NCBI GenBank assembly: GCA_038851215.1
Contig: JAWCLD010000001.1
Span: forward strand, 1 to 52,852
Source of the DNA: Candidatus Nanoarchaeia archaeon
GTDB taxonomy: Archaea; Nanobdellota; Nanobdellia; UBA10117
Length of the DNA stretch: 52,852 bases
Direction of reading: 5' to 3'
Shown piece after piece: positions 8,955-17,531 of the stretch (the stretch's first letter is position 1; each line of letters opens with the position of its first letter). A model generated the notes under the pieces. It did not search any database. It worked only from the letters and a program-made list of their open reading frames with translations, and was not told the origin of the DNA. The translations under genes were made by a program, and so were the position numbers.

Positions 8955-9818
8955 TTAGCCGATATATGGCATCTCTTGTTCTTTATTTTTTTTCATCTCG
9001 CTAGCTTCTTTTGCTTTTTCTATGAATGCTTTTAGTCGCTCTTCGAATTCGCCAGCTCTTTTTAACAGTAATTTGTAATCGACTTTTAAGCCAAGGTATT
9101 TGTCGAGAACTTCAATTATCTTTGCAGCTGCTTTGTAATCTGGCAAATTACTATGCGTCTCAGCAAAAATTGCAGAGGCATTAATGTCTTTGTCCGCCTT
9201 GAGCATCAGAGCTGCTGACGGACCAAAAATAACACCTTCTCTTATTGTGCTTAAGCCTATAGCCTTATATTTTTTGCTTAAAGTTTCCTGGTTTGTATAA
9301 TAGTATGCTTCTGACATCTTCTTCTCGATAGGCCCGCCAATCCCTTCTATTGAAATTATCTCTTTTGCATCGATTTTTTTGTACAACTTAAGAAGTGCGT
9401 CAGCAACTTCCCACTCCATTCCTCCAATACCAGTAACCGCTTCCAACACAACTAAGTTGTACTTGTCATTATGTAAAATTTCCAGTGGCTGAACTAGTCG
9501 GTTGTTATGCACAAATACTAGCGGAGGAAGTTTGGGAGACCACAACGAACCAATTGAATGCATCTTTAAATGATCCATCAAAAATTCCACTGCAATTGTC
9601 GCGACGAAGCCGAAGCCAGGAAAGCCTTCTATTATAATAGCATTCTTGCGTGGCTTAATTTTAAGCTTTAGTTGCAGTTTTTTGTAACCATTTGCTACGT
9701 GCTTAATTACAGAATTTAAGTCGCGATCCCCTAAATTTGAATTTGTCGGTCTTATTTTGATTGTAGGCGACATTCTTTTTTCAGTTTTGCTAAGATCTGG
9801 GAGTAATGGTGTGGCCAT
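8955..9818 (-). CDS. PAC2-family proteasome assembly chaperone-like protein
   Basis: 287 aa; IIEGFPGFGFVATIAVEFLMDHL and the overall architecture resemble archaeal PAC2/COG1938 proteins. The start may be the internal MSPTIKI. Confidence 0.6.
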   Translation of the reverse strand: MATPLLPDLSKTEKRMSPTIKIRPTNSNLGDRDLNSVIKHVANGYKKLQLKLKIKPRKNAIIIEGFPGFGFVATIAVEFLMDHLKMHSIGSLWSPKLPPLVFVHNNRLVQPLEILHNDKYNLVVLEAVTGIGGMEWEVADALLKLYKKIDAKEIISIEGIGGPIEKKMSEAYYYTNQETLSKKYKAIGLSTIREGVIFGPSAALMLKADKDINASAIFAETHSNLPDYKAAAKIIEVLDKYLGLKVDYKLLLKRAGEFEERLKAFIEKAKEASEMKKNKEQEMPYIG

Positions 9819-9875
9819 AACTTTATGATTCTTGAATAGTATTTATAGCTTGTGTATAGCTTGCGATATCTGTAG

Positions 9876-9894
9876 CAAAGCTTAAAAATTAAAA
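9876..9894 (+). promoter_or_regulatory. Putative BRE/TATA element for the 5S rRNA gene
   Basis: CAAAGCTTAAAAATTAAAA is centred about 25 nt upstream of the inferred 5S 5' end. Confidence 0.35.
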
Positions 9895-9907
9895 TTTTAG
9901 ATTTTAA

Positions 9908-10072
9908 CCGCCAGCGGTCAAAGTACCGGGGCAAAACCCGTACCCATTCCGAACACGGAAGTTAACACGTTGAAATAGGAGTTTTGTCTATTTCGGCGCG
10001 GCTGAAATCCCGGTAACGTTTTGCCTTGTACTGGCCGGTAATCGGCCGGGAAGTGCAAAAAACTGCTGGCGT
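9908..10072 (+). rRNA. rrf: 5S rRNA, about 165 nt, with an extra ~42-nt segment
   Basis: Contains the conserved core CCCGTACCCATTCCGAACACGGAAGTTAAC and loop E/helix IV TTGTACTGGCCGGTAATCGGCCGGGAAG. Terminal helix I pairs CGCCAGCGG (9909..9917) with CTGCTGGCG (10063..10071). An oligo-T tract follows. The gene is not linked to 16S/23S in this window. Confidence 0.8.
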
Positions 10073-10105
10073 CTCATTTTTATAGTTCAAACTTATTTGA
10101 TTTGC

Positions 10106-10429
10106 ATGCAAAATAAGAATGAATGGCAAGCCATTGCAAAAGAAAGAATAGATATTTTGTTTAGGGAAGCAAATTTAGCAGCCAAAGAAGGGAACTTGCA
10201 AAGGGCTTCACGATATATTTTTTTAGCCAGGAAATTGGCAATGAAATATAATTTGCGATTATCAAGGGAACAAAGAAAGAAATTTTGCCACAAATGTTAC
10301 AAATACCTCATGCCTGGAAAAAACGTTTCCATTAAAATTAATCCTAAGTTACAATCGGTTGAATATCGGTGTAAGGAATGTGGGCATACTAATAGATACC
10401 CTTATATCAAGGAAAAGAAATTAAAGTAA
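10106..10429 (+). CDS. rnp4: RNase P protein component 4 (Rpp21/Rpr2)
   Basis: Has an N-terminal helical region (IAKERIDILFREANLAAKEG..ASRYIFLARKLAMKYNLRL) and a Zn ribbon (CHKC...CKEC). Confidence 0.8.
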   Translation: MQNKNEWQAIAKERIDILFREANLAAKEGNLQRASRYIFLARKLAMKYNLRLSREQRKKFCHKCYKYLMPGKNVSIKINPKLQSVEYRCKECGHTNRYPYIKEKKLK

Positions 10430-11261
10430 CCAAATCGCCATTTTCGTCAAACAAAAATGCTGTATCGCCGGCGTTGTTCCATATTGGTTCTTTAGAATTC
10501 CAATAAAGTTCCGTTTTGGTGTCTATCCCAGAGCCGGTATAAAGTATAATTTGCATATTCGGCTCTAAACTTATATTTTTGAAATAGTAGAAATGTGTTG
10601 CTTGGTCCTTAATACTCCACTTATCTATGTTAATTGTCCTAGCGTCTTCATTCTTAATTATGACAAACTCACCATTCAGATTTTCATTATCGTTGCCAGG
10701 AGCGTCATAACTAACTTCTAATTTAATGTTATAATTCGCAGTTGAGCTCCATAATCCTCTTTTGTTTTTCTTAGCCTCTTGTTCAAGGCAGCTAAACAAT
10801 GTGGAGTATTTTGTATTCGGCTCAACCGGATAAATTGTTGCAAGGCCCTGCCGCACAAGCTCCGCATTTATAAACTTGTCCTCTGTAAATGCGTATCTTA
10901 ACAATCTACCATATTGGTCTTTGTCTTCAACGTCCCTTGCCAGCATTATACCATTTTCAGACAGTTTTGTTGTTAGTTGAGCTGCTTCAGCAGACCATTT
11001 AAGCCCTTTTTCAGGCGTATTTATTCCAACAAAACGAACTTTGTCGCCATTTACTAGCTGAACTGTATCGCCATCTAAGATTTTCATTACGGTGAAAATT
11101 CTTCCCTGATTTTCTTCTATGATTTGAGGAAGCTTTGCAATCTCCTCTTCGCAATTTATTTGTGGTTGCAGAGGAATTAAGCCACCTATAATTGAGCATC
11201 CACTAACCAAAACCAGTGCAACAAACAACAATAGTAATAATGAAAATGGTCGGTTACACAT
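10407..11261 (-). CDS. Secreted lipoprotein-like thermonuclease (SNase) fused to a lamin-tail domain
   Basis: Signal/lipobox-like LLLLLFVALVLVSGC. SNase motifs DGDTVQL, RFVGINTPE, DQYGRLLRYAF and NAELVRQGLA. A C-terminal LTD-like segment GEFVIIKNEDARTINIDKWSIKD. Confidence 0.75.
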   Translation of the reverse strand: MCNRPFSLLLLLFVALVLVSGCSIIGGLIPLQPQINCEEEIAKLPQIIEENQGRIFTVMKILDGDTVQLVNGDKVRFVGINTPEKGLKWSAEAAQLTTKLSENGIMLARDVEDKDQYGRLLRYAFTEDKFINAELVRQGLATIYPVEPNTKYSTLFSCLEQEAKKNKRGLWSSTANYNIKLEVSYDAPGNDNENLNGEFVIIKNEDARTINIDKWSIKDQATHFYYFKNISLEPNMQIILYTGSGIDTKTELYWNSKEPIWNNAGDTAFLFDENGDLVTLISFP

Positions 11262-11294
11262 AAGCTTTTATGTAAGCTTTTGTTTAAATTCTTT

Positions 11295-11513
11295 ATGAAA
11301 TATATTAGAGTTAAGGTGAAACCAAATCGTCCTGAAACGAGAATTGTTTCTCAAACCTCAGATGAAGTTATTGTGGAGGTTGCCGCTTCCCCTAGAAACA
11401 ATGAGGCTAACATAGAATTAATAAAATTTCTTTCAAAGCATTTTAATTCTAATGTTAAGATTCTTAAAGGTAAAACATCTAAAAACAAGATTGTTGAAAT
11501 AGATATTACATAA
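11295..11513 (+). CDS. DUF167 (YggU-like) protein
   Basis: MKYIRVKVKPNRPETRIV...VEVAASPRNNEANIELIKFLSKHF...ILKGKTSKNKIVEI fits the DUF167 pattern. Confidence 0.6.
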   Translation: MKYIRVKVKPNRPETRIVSQTSDEVIVEVAASPRNNEANIELIKFLSKHFNSNVKILKGKTSKNKIVEIDIT

Positions 11514-11521
11514 GTACAATT

Positions 11522-12073
11522 TCAATAACTGTGCCCAGGGCAAAGTAAGCTCGGATTCAAACTTTGAAGCATCTGTACTGATTTTTTTAATTCTCTCAAA
11601 TTTCCAGTTGGCAAGTCCCACCTCCCAATATTATCGTTACCAAACCAGCAGTCGCCTGAAAATAGTATTTTGTAGATTGGTTCATAAATAGCTATACAGC
11701 CAGAAGTATGCCCGGGAACCTTCAAGATTTTGAATTTGTATTGTCCAGCATATATTTGAGTTCCATTACCAAGTATTAAATCGACTTTGAATTTTTCGAC
11801 AGGTTGAATTACGGCTTCGTCCATTGCTTTAATGTGAGCTGCGGCTTCTTCTGAGGCCGCAATGCTGCAATTAGGATTTTTTCTCTTTACCTCTGCTGCT
11901 CTAGCTATGTGATCAACGTGACAATGTGTTAAAATTAGAAGGTCAACTGGTCTTTCCAGCGCAAGGCCAGCATCGATTTGTACTTTCTTTACGTCATCGA
12001 TATAATAGATATTAGCTTTGAAATTTGGCTCTTCAAAACATAATATTTTGTCAGTTATTTGTTTAAATTTCAT
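11522..12073 (-). CDS. MBL-fold metallo-hydrolase
   Basis: THCHVDH (the HxHxDH motif), with GHTSG and CPGH downstream. Confidence 0.7.
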   Translation of the reverse strand: MKFKQITDKILCFEEPNFKANIYYIDDVKKVQIDAGLALERPVDLLILTHCHVDHIARAAEVKRKNPNCSIAASEEAAAHIKAMDEAVIQPVEKFKVDLILGNGTQIYAGQYKFKILKVPGHTSGCIAIYEPIYKILFSGDCWFGNDNIGRWDLPTGNLRELKKSVQMLQSLNPSLLCPGHSY

Positions 12074-12101
12074 TGTTATTTCTTATATTACAATTTAAGT
12101 A

Positions 12102-13849
12102 CTATCTTTTGGCTTCAATCTCTTTCTGTAAATCTTTAATGAAATCGTTAATCTTGATGCCGAATTTCACTTTTCCGCCTCTTGGCCGAACCGCAATCGT
12201 GTCAGATTTTTCTTCTTTATCTCCGGCTACAAGAATGTAAGGAACTTTTTCGATTTCTGCCTGTCTTACTTTATACTCTACAGTATTGCTGCTATAATCC
12301 GTCTCAACACGCAAACCGGCATTCCGGAGCTGCTTCTCAACCTTTTGTGCATAATTTAAGTTTCTGTCTGCAAATGTTAGCAATTTGACTTGCACTGGAG
12401 CAAGCCATGTTGGGAAAGCTCCACCATAGTTTTCTATTAAAATGCCAGTAAAGCGCTCGATCGCACCAAGTAAAGTACGATGTATCATAACAACCCTATG
12501 TAATTTATTATCTGCTCCTATATAATTCAAATCAAATTTTTCAGGAAGATTAAAGTCGAGTTGTATTGTTAAGCATTGCCATTTTCGGTTTAATGCGTCA
12601 AGTCCATGAACGTCTATTTTTGGGCCATAAAATGCTGCTTCGCCCGGCATTTTAGTATATTTTATTTTCTTTTTATCTAAAACTGATGTTAGCGCCGTTT
12701 CGGCTCTTTTCCATATTTCCTCAGAACCAAGATACTTTTCTTTCTCCGGGCCTCGCAAAGATAGCTCGATTATATAATTTTTAAAGCCAAATTGCTCTAG
12801 CATCCAGAGTCCGAATTCTAATACAGATTTTATTTCACCTTCAAGCTGATCAAGTGAGCAAAAAATGTGCGCATCATCTTGCGTTATGCTTCGCACTCGC
12901 ACTAAGCCGTGAAGCGCACCGCCAAACTCCGGTCTGTAAACTGTTGCAAGTTCACAATATCTAATTGGAAGCTCTCTGTAACTTCGTGGTTTAAACTTGT
13001 AAATTTGGATGTGAAAAGGGCAACTCATTGGTTTAAGCAAGTAATCTATTTCATCGACTTTCATTGGAGGATACATATTTGCTTTATAAAACACCCAATG
13101 CCCAGACGTTTTCCATAAGTCAATTTTACCAATATGTGGCGTAAACACATATTGGTAGCCGCGCTTGTCATGTTCTGTTTTCCAAAAGTCTTCTATTACT
13201 CTTCTTATGATAGCTCCCTTGGATGCCAAAGTGGTAATCCGGGCCCAACGGTTTCTGAGTAAATATTAAACAAATCTAGTTGCTGGCCAAGTTTAATGTG
13301 ATCTCTTTTTTCTGCTTCTTCTCGCCTCTTCAAAAAGGCGTCTAATTCTTTTTGTGTTGGGAAGCTAATTCCATATATGCGTTGGAGCACTGGTCTTTTT
13401 GGATTGCCACGCCAATAAGCTGCTGCAGTGTTTAGAAGCTTAAAAGCACCGATTTGACCAGTTGATTTTATTAAGGGACCGGCGCACAAATCTATAAATT
13501 TGCCATGTTGGTAAAAAGATATTTCTTTATCCGGAATCTCTTCCAAAAGTTCAAGTTTATACCTTTCATTTTTAAGTATCTTTTCGGCTTCTTTTCTTGG
13601 CAGCTTGAGATGTTTAAAAGCTAAGTCTGCTTTAATTATTTTAGCCATTTCTTTTTCTATTTTTGCTAAATCCTCTGCAGTAAAAGGGTCGCGCTTATCG
13701 AAATCATAGTAAAAGCCTTCGTCTATAGCTGGTCCTATGCCTAATTTTACATCAGGCCAGAGACGCTTAACAGCATCCGCTAATATGTGGGATGTTGAGT
13801 GCCAGAATGCCTTTTTATCCTTCTCCGTTACAAAGGGAGTCTTTACCAT
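12102..13849 (-). pseudogene. thrS: Threonyl-tRNA synthetase interrupted by a 1-nt frameshift (two ORFs, 13205..13849 and 12102..13229)
   Basis: The upstream ORF has the SAD/editing HxxxH (WHSTSHILADAV), DLCAGP and RDHIKLGQQLDLF, and ends ..GPGLPLWHPRELS*. The downstream ORF continues (M)ASKGAIIRRVIEDFW.. through the class II catalytic core and anticodon-binding domain. Adding one A at CCAAGGG (13216..13222 on the plus strand) would give the contiguous ..PLWHPKGAIIRR... Confidence 0.8.
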
Positions 13850-13942
13850 GCTAAAGTTTATGTTAGGCTCTTTATAAAGTCTCCTACACTTTTAATTGCG
13901 ATTTATCTTTAACGAATATTTTTTAATTTTATACTTTTAATT

Positions 13943-14590
13943 TTGGAAATGACTTACGCAGATGATATTATTGCTGGAAAGTACAAGATTCCAATAAGCT
14001 GGCTCCATACGCAAGCTTATTGCGAGTACCAAATTTTTCTAGAACATGTTAAAGGAATTTCTGTCGATAGAAGTATTGCGATGATTGTAGGTGCCGAAAG
14101 CCATGCAAAATTAGATGCAGAGCATGCGGCGAAGGTTGAAGAAATTATGAGCTTAGAAGAAGTTCTTGTCCAATCAACAGAACGAAAGGTTACTTTTGTA
14201 GCACGTGAAGTTGGTGTCGAAAACCTCTATTTGAAAGGTATCATAGATGAGATACGGATAAGTCCTGCAGAAATTATAATTATAGACGACAAGCCAACAA
14301 AAGGAAAAGCTTGGCCTGCCGATATAAGACAAGTCTGGGGTTATTGCTGGGCTTATTCAGATCAATATAAGCCCGATAGAACTCTTTATGGTGCTGTAAG
14401 GGACAGAGAAACGCAAGAATTTGTGTGGCAGGAACCTTTTACAGAAAATGCAAAAAAAGATGTAAAAGAAGCAACATTTAGAATTATAGATATTCTTAAA
14501 GGAGTTAGAGCTGCAGTTCCTACAAGAAAACCGCAAAAGTGTAAGCCATGTAGGTTTAGAAAAGTTTGCGATAAATGTTTAAGTACTTAA
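13943..14590 (+). CDS. Cas4/RecB-like PD-(D/E)xK exonuclease with 4-Cys cluster (no CRISPR context)
   Basis: N-terminal Cys (QAYCEYQ), nuclease motifs GIIDEI and IIIDDKPTK, QxxxY (QVWGYCWAY), and C-terminal CKPCRFRKVC. Confidence 0.7.
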   Translation: MEMTYADDIIAGKYKIPISWLHTQAYCEYQIFLEHVKGISVDRSIAMIVGAESHAKLDAEHAAKVEEIMSLEEVLVQSTERKVTFVAREVGVENLYLKGIIDEIRISPAEIIIIDDKPTKGKAWPADIRQVWGYCWAYSDQYKPDRTLYGAVRDRETQEFVWQEPFTENAKKDVKEATFRIIDILKGVRAAVPTRKPQKCKPCRFRKVCDKCLST

Positions 14591-14602
14591 CCACTTATTA
14601 GC

Positions 14603-14763
14603 CAATTGTCCAAATTATTACCAAATTTACCTAGATTGAGGCTAAGTTAAATTGTTTAATTGTCCAAAATTAAAAGATTAGAAATTTACCTAAAGCCCGA
14701 ATTTTCCAAAAGTATTGCACACATAATGATTCAATAGATTTATATTATTCAATTGTCCAAAAA
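14603..14763 (+). promoter_or_regulatory. Direct-repeat operator-like array plus TATA upstream of the wHTH gene
   Basis: AATTGTCCAAA occurs at 14604, 14658 and 14751. AAATTTACCTA occurs at 14623 and 14682. A TATA-like TTTATATTATT lies at about 14739..14749, and the third repeat sits between that TATA and the ATG at 14769. Confidence 0.4.
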
Positions 14764-14768
14764 TACTA

Positions 14769-15008
14769 ATGGGGCGCAGATCTGGTCCACATCAATATAA
14801 GCTTGAAATGATTCTCTACGTCTTGAAGGCACATCCTCAGGGTTTGTGGGTTCGTGAGATTTCTAGAATTAGTGGCCTTAAAAAATCAACAGTGTCATAT
14901 TATCTGCAAAATTATCTTAACAACAGGATTGAAATAGTACATCAGACAAATCATATAAAAATAATAAAGTTAAAAGCCACTGAACAAGGCCCAAGCTATT
15001 GCCAATAA
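14769..15008 (+). CDS. Small winged-helix transcription regulator
   Basis: 79 aa; ILYVLKAHPQGLWVREISRISGLKKSTVSYYLQNY is HTH-like. Confidence 0.5.
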   Translation: MGRRSGPHQYKLEMILYVLKAHPQGLWVREISRISGLKKSTVSYYLQNYLNNRIEIVHQTNHIKIIKLKATEQGPSYCQ

Positions 15009-15083
15009 TTGCTAAAATTAAAAATTAGATTGAACGTTCATATCTGCGAAAACTCTTAAAAATGATTTTAAGGAATAATCGCT

Positions 15084-16058
15084 ATGGCAAAAGCGATGGC
15101 GACACCAAGAACATGGTGGCTTCGAATAAGGTTATGGTTTTTACTGACGGTACTATTTGGAATTACTTATGGTCTTGTTTCGGTTGTTAGCTATATTTTA
15201 GGAATCGGCAATCTCATCTTTTATGGAGTTGTTGCAATTGGCTTTATTCTTTTGCAATATATGATCGGTCCTTCAATTGTAAACTGGACGATGCGTGTCA
15301 AGTACGTTGATGAGAAAGAAGAACCAGAACTTCATAAAATGATTGAAGAATTAGCAAAGGAAGCTGGCTTGCCAAAACCTCGTATCGGAATATCACAAAC
15401 GCTCATTCCAAATGCATTTGCATTTGGCAGATGGAAGTCTGATGGTAGAATTTGTGTCACGCAAGGCATCCTAAAGCTCTTGGACAAAAAAGAGCTTCGT
15501 GCAGTGCTCGGCCATGAAATGTCTCATTTAAAGCACAGAGACGTTGTTGTCATAACACTATTATCTGTAATACCGTTAATTTGTTGGTTCTTAGCCAGAG
15601 GAACGTTGTTTTCTGGCAGCGATAGAAAAGGTGCTGCTGCGACAATTGGTATTTTTGCATTCGTTCTTTACTTTATTACAAATTTGCTTGTCTTATACGC
15701 AAGCAGAATTCGCGAGTATTATGCAGATGCAGGTTCTGTTTCACTTGGCAATGAGCCACATAGCTTAGCGTCTGCTCTCTATAAATTGGTTTACGGCGCT
15801 GCAAAGACGCCGCCACAAATGCTTAAGCAAGTTGAAGGTATGAAAGCTTTTTTTGCCAACGATGTTAGCAGGGCACATGATGAAATCATAGCATTAAACG
15901 AATTAGACGTAGATAAATCAGGCACATTAGATGCTAATGAAATCGCGCTCTTGAAGAAAAAGCATATCAGGTTAAGTTTACTAGATAAACTAATGGAGCT
16001 AATGAGCACGCACCCTAATATGCTTAAAAGAATTCAAGCTTTGGCGGAGATGAAGTAA
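15084..16058 (+). CDS. htpX: HtpX-type M48 zinc metalloprotease (membrane)
   Basis: Has HEMSH, multiple TM segments and a C-terminal THPNMLKRIQAL. Also carries an EF-hand-like loop (see findings). Confidence 0.8.
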   Translation: MAKAMATPRTWWLRIRLWFLLTVLFGITYGLVSVVSYILGIGNLIFYGVVAIGFILLQYMIGPSIVNWTMRVKYVDEKEEPELHKMIEELAKEAGLPKPRIGISQTLIPNAFAFGRWKSDGRICVTQGILKLLDKKELRAVLGHEMSHLKHRDVVVITLLSVIPLICWFLARGTLFSGSDRKGAAATIGIFAFVLYFITNLLVLYASRIREYYADAGSVSLGNEPHSLASALYKLVYGAAKTPPQMLKQVEGMKAFFANDVSRAHDEIIALNELDVDKSGTLDANEIALLKKKHIRLSLLDKLMELMSTHPNMLKRIQALAEMK

Positions 16059-16468
16059 TGACGATTAGTAACGACGATAAAGATATGCAGCAAGCTATAT
16101 ATGAATATTTGAACTTGTGGGAAAGAATCGGATGCCCTTATACAATTTTACAAAGAGAATATAAATGCGAACTTTGTTCTATTGATGGCAAACCTTGCCA
16201 TTTTAAAGCAACAATTTTTGGCCCTTACTGTGACAGGCATGGCGACAGTGTTGGTATGGATAAAAAGGCTGGCAAAAATTACTGGAAAAGGTTTTTTAAA
16301 TACACTCAAATATTGGACTTTTCTGAATATAAAGAAATTTTGGAAGAGCTTGTTAAGAATCGTAATGCTGGGTGCTTGGATGGTTTGCTCAGCAGCCTTC
16401 AGAAAGCCGCCGAGGCTAAGTGGGGAGATAAAATAGAAAATGAAGAAAACTACATTCGTAATTACTAG
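16058..16468 (+). CDS. Hypothetical Cys-rich protein
   Basis: 136 aa with Cys/His at CPY, CELC, CHF and CDRH. Its start overlaps the htpX stop (TAATG). Confidence 0.45.
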   Translation: MTISNDDKDMQQAIYEYLNLWERIGCPYTILQREYKCELCSIDGKPCHFKATIFGPYCDRHGDSVGMDKKAGKNYWKRFFKYTQILDFSEYKEILEELVKNRNAGCLDGLLSSLQKAAEAKWGDKIENEENYIRNY

Positions 16469-16625
16469 TATTTTGTCATTAGTTGTAGTCGTACTGGGCT
16501 TTATTGTTACACTCTTACAAAACTATCTTGTATCTTGGCTACTTATTGCTGCTGGCGGAATTTGCTTCTGGTTTGTATTGAAAAAAGCTAAAAAGGAAGA
16601 CTGGTTTGGCAAGCCAGTAAAATGA
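16440..16625 (+). CDS. 61-aa two-TM membrane mini-protein
   Basis: Two hydrophobic segments. ATGA overlap with the downstream PP-loop gene. Confidence 0.4.
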   Translation: MKKTTFVITSILSLVVVVLGFIVTLLQNYLVSWLLIAAGGICFWFVLKKAKKEDWFGKPVK

Positions 16626-17527
16626 AACCAAAAGCTCTTGTTCTTTTGTCTGGCGGATTAGATTCAAGGCTAGCTGTAAAGCTCTTGCAGCAACAACTTG
16701 GTAAAAATGTTTCTGCAGTTTATATTAAATTGCCCTTTGGCACTCGCTATAGCAAGAATTTTGAATCTTTAAAGGAGTTTTGTAAAAAAGAAAAGGTTTC
16801 TTTGTATGTAATAGATTGTACGAAAGGTAGGCTATTGCAGGACTATCTCAAAATCGTAAGAAACCCCAAATACAAAAGAGGCTCTGCGCTAAATCCTTGC
16901 ATCGATTGTCATATATTTATGCTAAAGCTAGCAAAAAAGCTTGCTAAAAAAATTGGAGCAGACGTTATAGCAACAGGCGAAGTTCTTGGTCAGAGGCCAA
17001 TGAGCCAGCACAGGTCAGCCTTGGATTTAATCGAAAAAGAGGCTGGCTTAAGAGGAAGACTTCTTAGGCCGTTATCTGCTAAACTGCTGCCACAAACAAT
17101 TGCAGAAAAAGAGGGGTGGATTAAAAGGAATAAATTATGCGGCATTAGAGGTAGAAGTCGACAAAAGCAACTAGAATTGGCTAAGAAATTCAAAATTTCT
17201 TTTCCATCACCTGGAGGCGGTTGCTTACTCTGCGAGAAAGAATTTTGCAAAAAAGTCGGACCTTTGCTGAAAAAATTGTCCGAACTTGACATTGAGTTAC
17301 TAAAGATAGGGCGACATTTCAAAAAGAGTGCAATCGTCTTAGGAAAAAATCATGAGGAAAATCTAAAATTAAAACAAATTCATGACCGATTCAGAAAGGG
17401 TTTTCTGTTGGAGCCAAAGGAGCCAGGCCCTAGTGCTTTTGTAAAATCTAAAGTGCATATAAGCGAAGCTAAAAGGCTAATTCAAAAGTATTCAAAGCAT
17501 AAAATCAGGACAATTACAATAAAATAA
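16622..17527 (+). CDS. ThiI-like PP-loop ATP pyrophosphatase (tRNA sulfurtransferase family) lacking a THUMP domain
   Basis: PP-loop SGGLDS, NPCIDCHIFM, TGEVLGQRPMSQ and LLRPL motifs, and a CLLC pair. Confidence 0.6.
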   Translation: MKPKALVLLSGGLDSRLAVKLLQQQLGKNVSAVYIKLPFGTRYSKNFESLKEFCKKEKVSLYVIDCTKGRLLQDYLKIVRNPKYKRGSALNPCIDCHIFMLKLAKKLAKKIGADVIATGEVLGQRPMSQHRSALDLIEKEAGLRGRLLRPLSAKLLPQTIAEKEGWIKRNKLCGIRGRSRQKQLELAKKFKISFPSPGGGCLLCEKEFCKKVGPLLKKLSELDIELLKIGRHFKKSAIVLGKNHEENLKLKQIHDRFRKGFLLEPKEPGPSAFVKSKVHISEAKRLIQKYSKHKIRTITIK

Positions 17528-17531
17528 TAAT

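Noticed and set aside
9752-10293. Minus-strand ORFs 9752..9934 and 10093..10293
   Set aside because: They overlap the PAC2 gene, the 5S rRNA and the rnp4 gene respectively, and have no motif support.
14603-14763. Possible mini-CRISPR next to the Cas4-like gene
   Set aside because: The repeats are only 11 nt, there are three copies, and the spacing is irregular (54 and 93 nt). This does not look like CRISPR, so I interpret them as operator-like sites instead.
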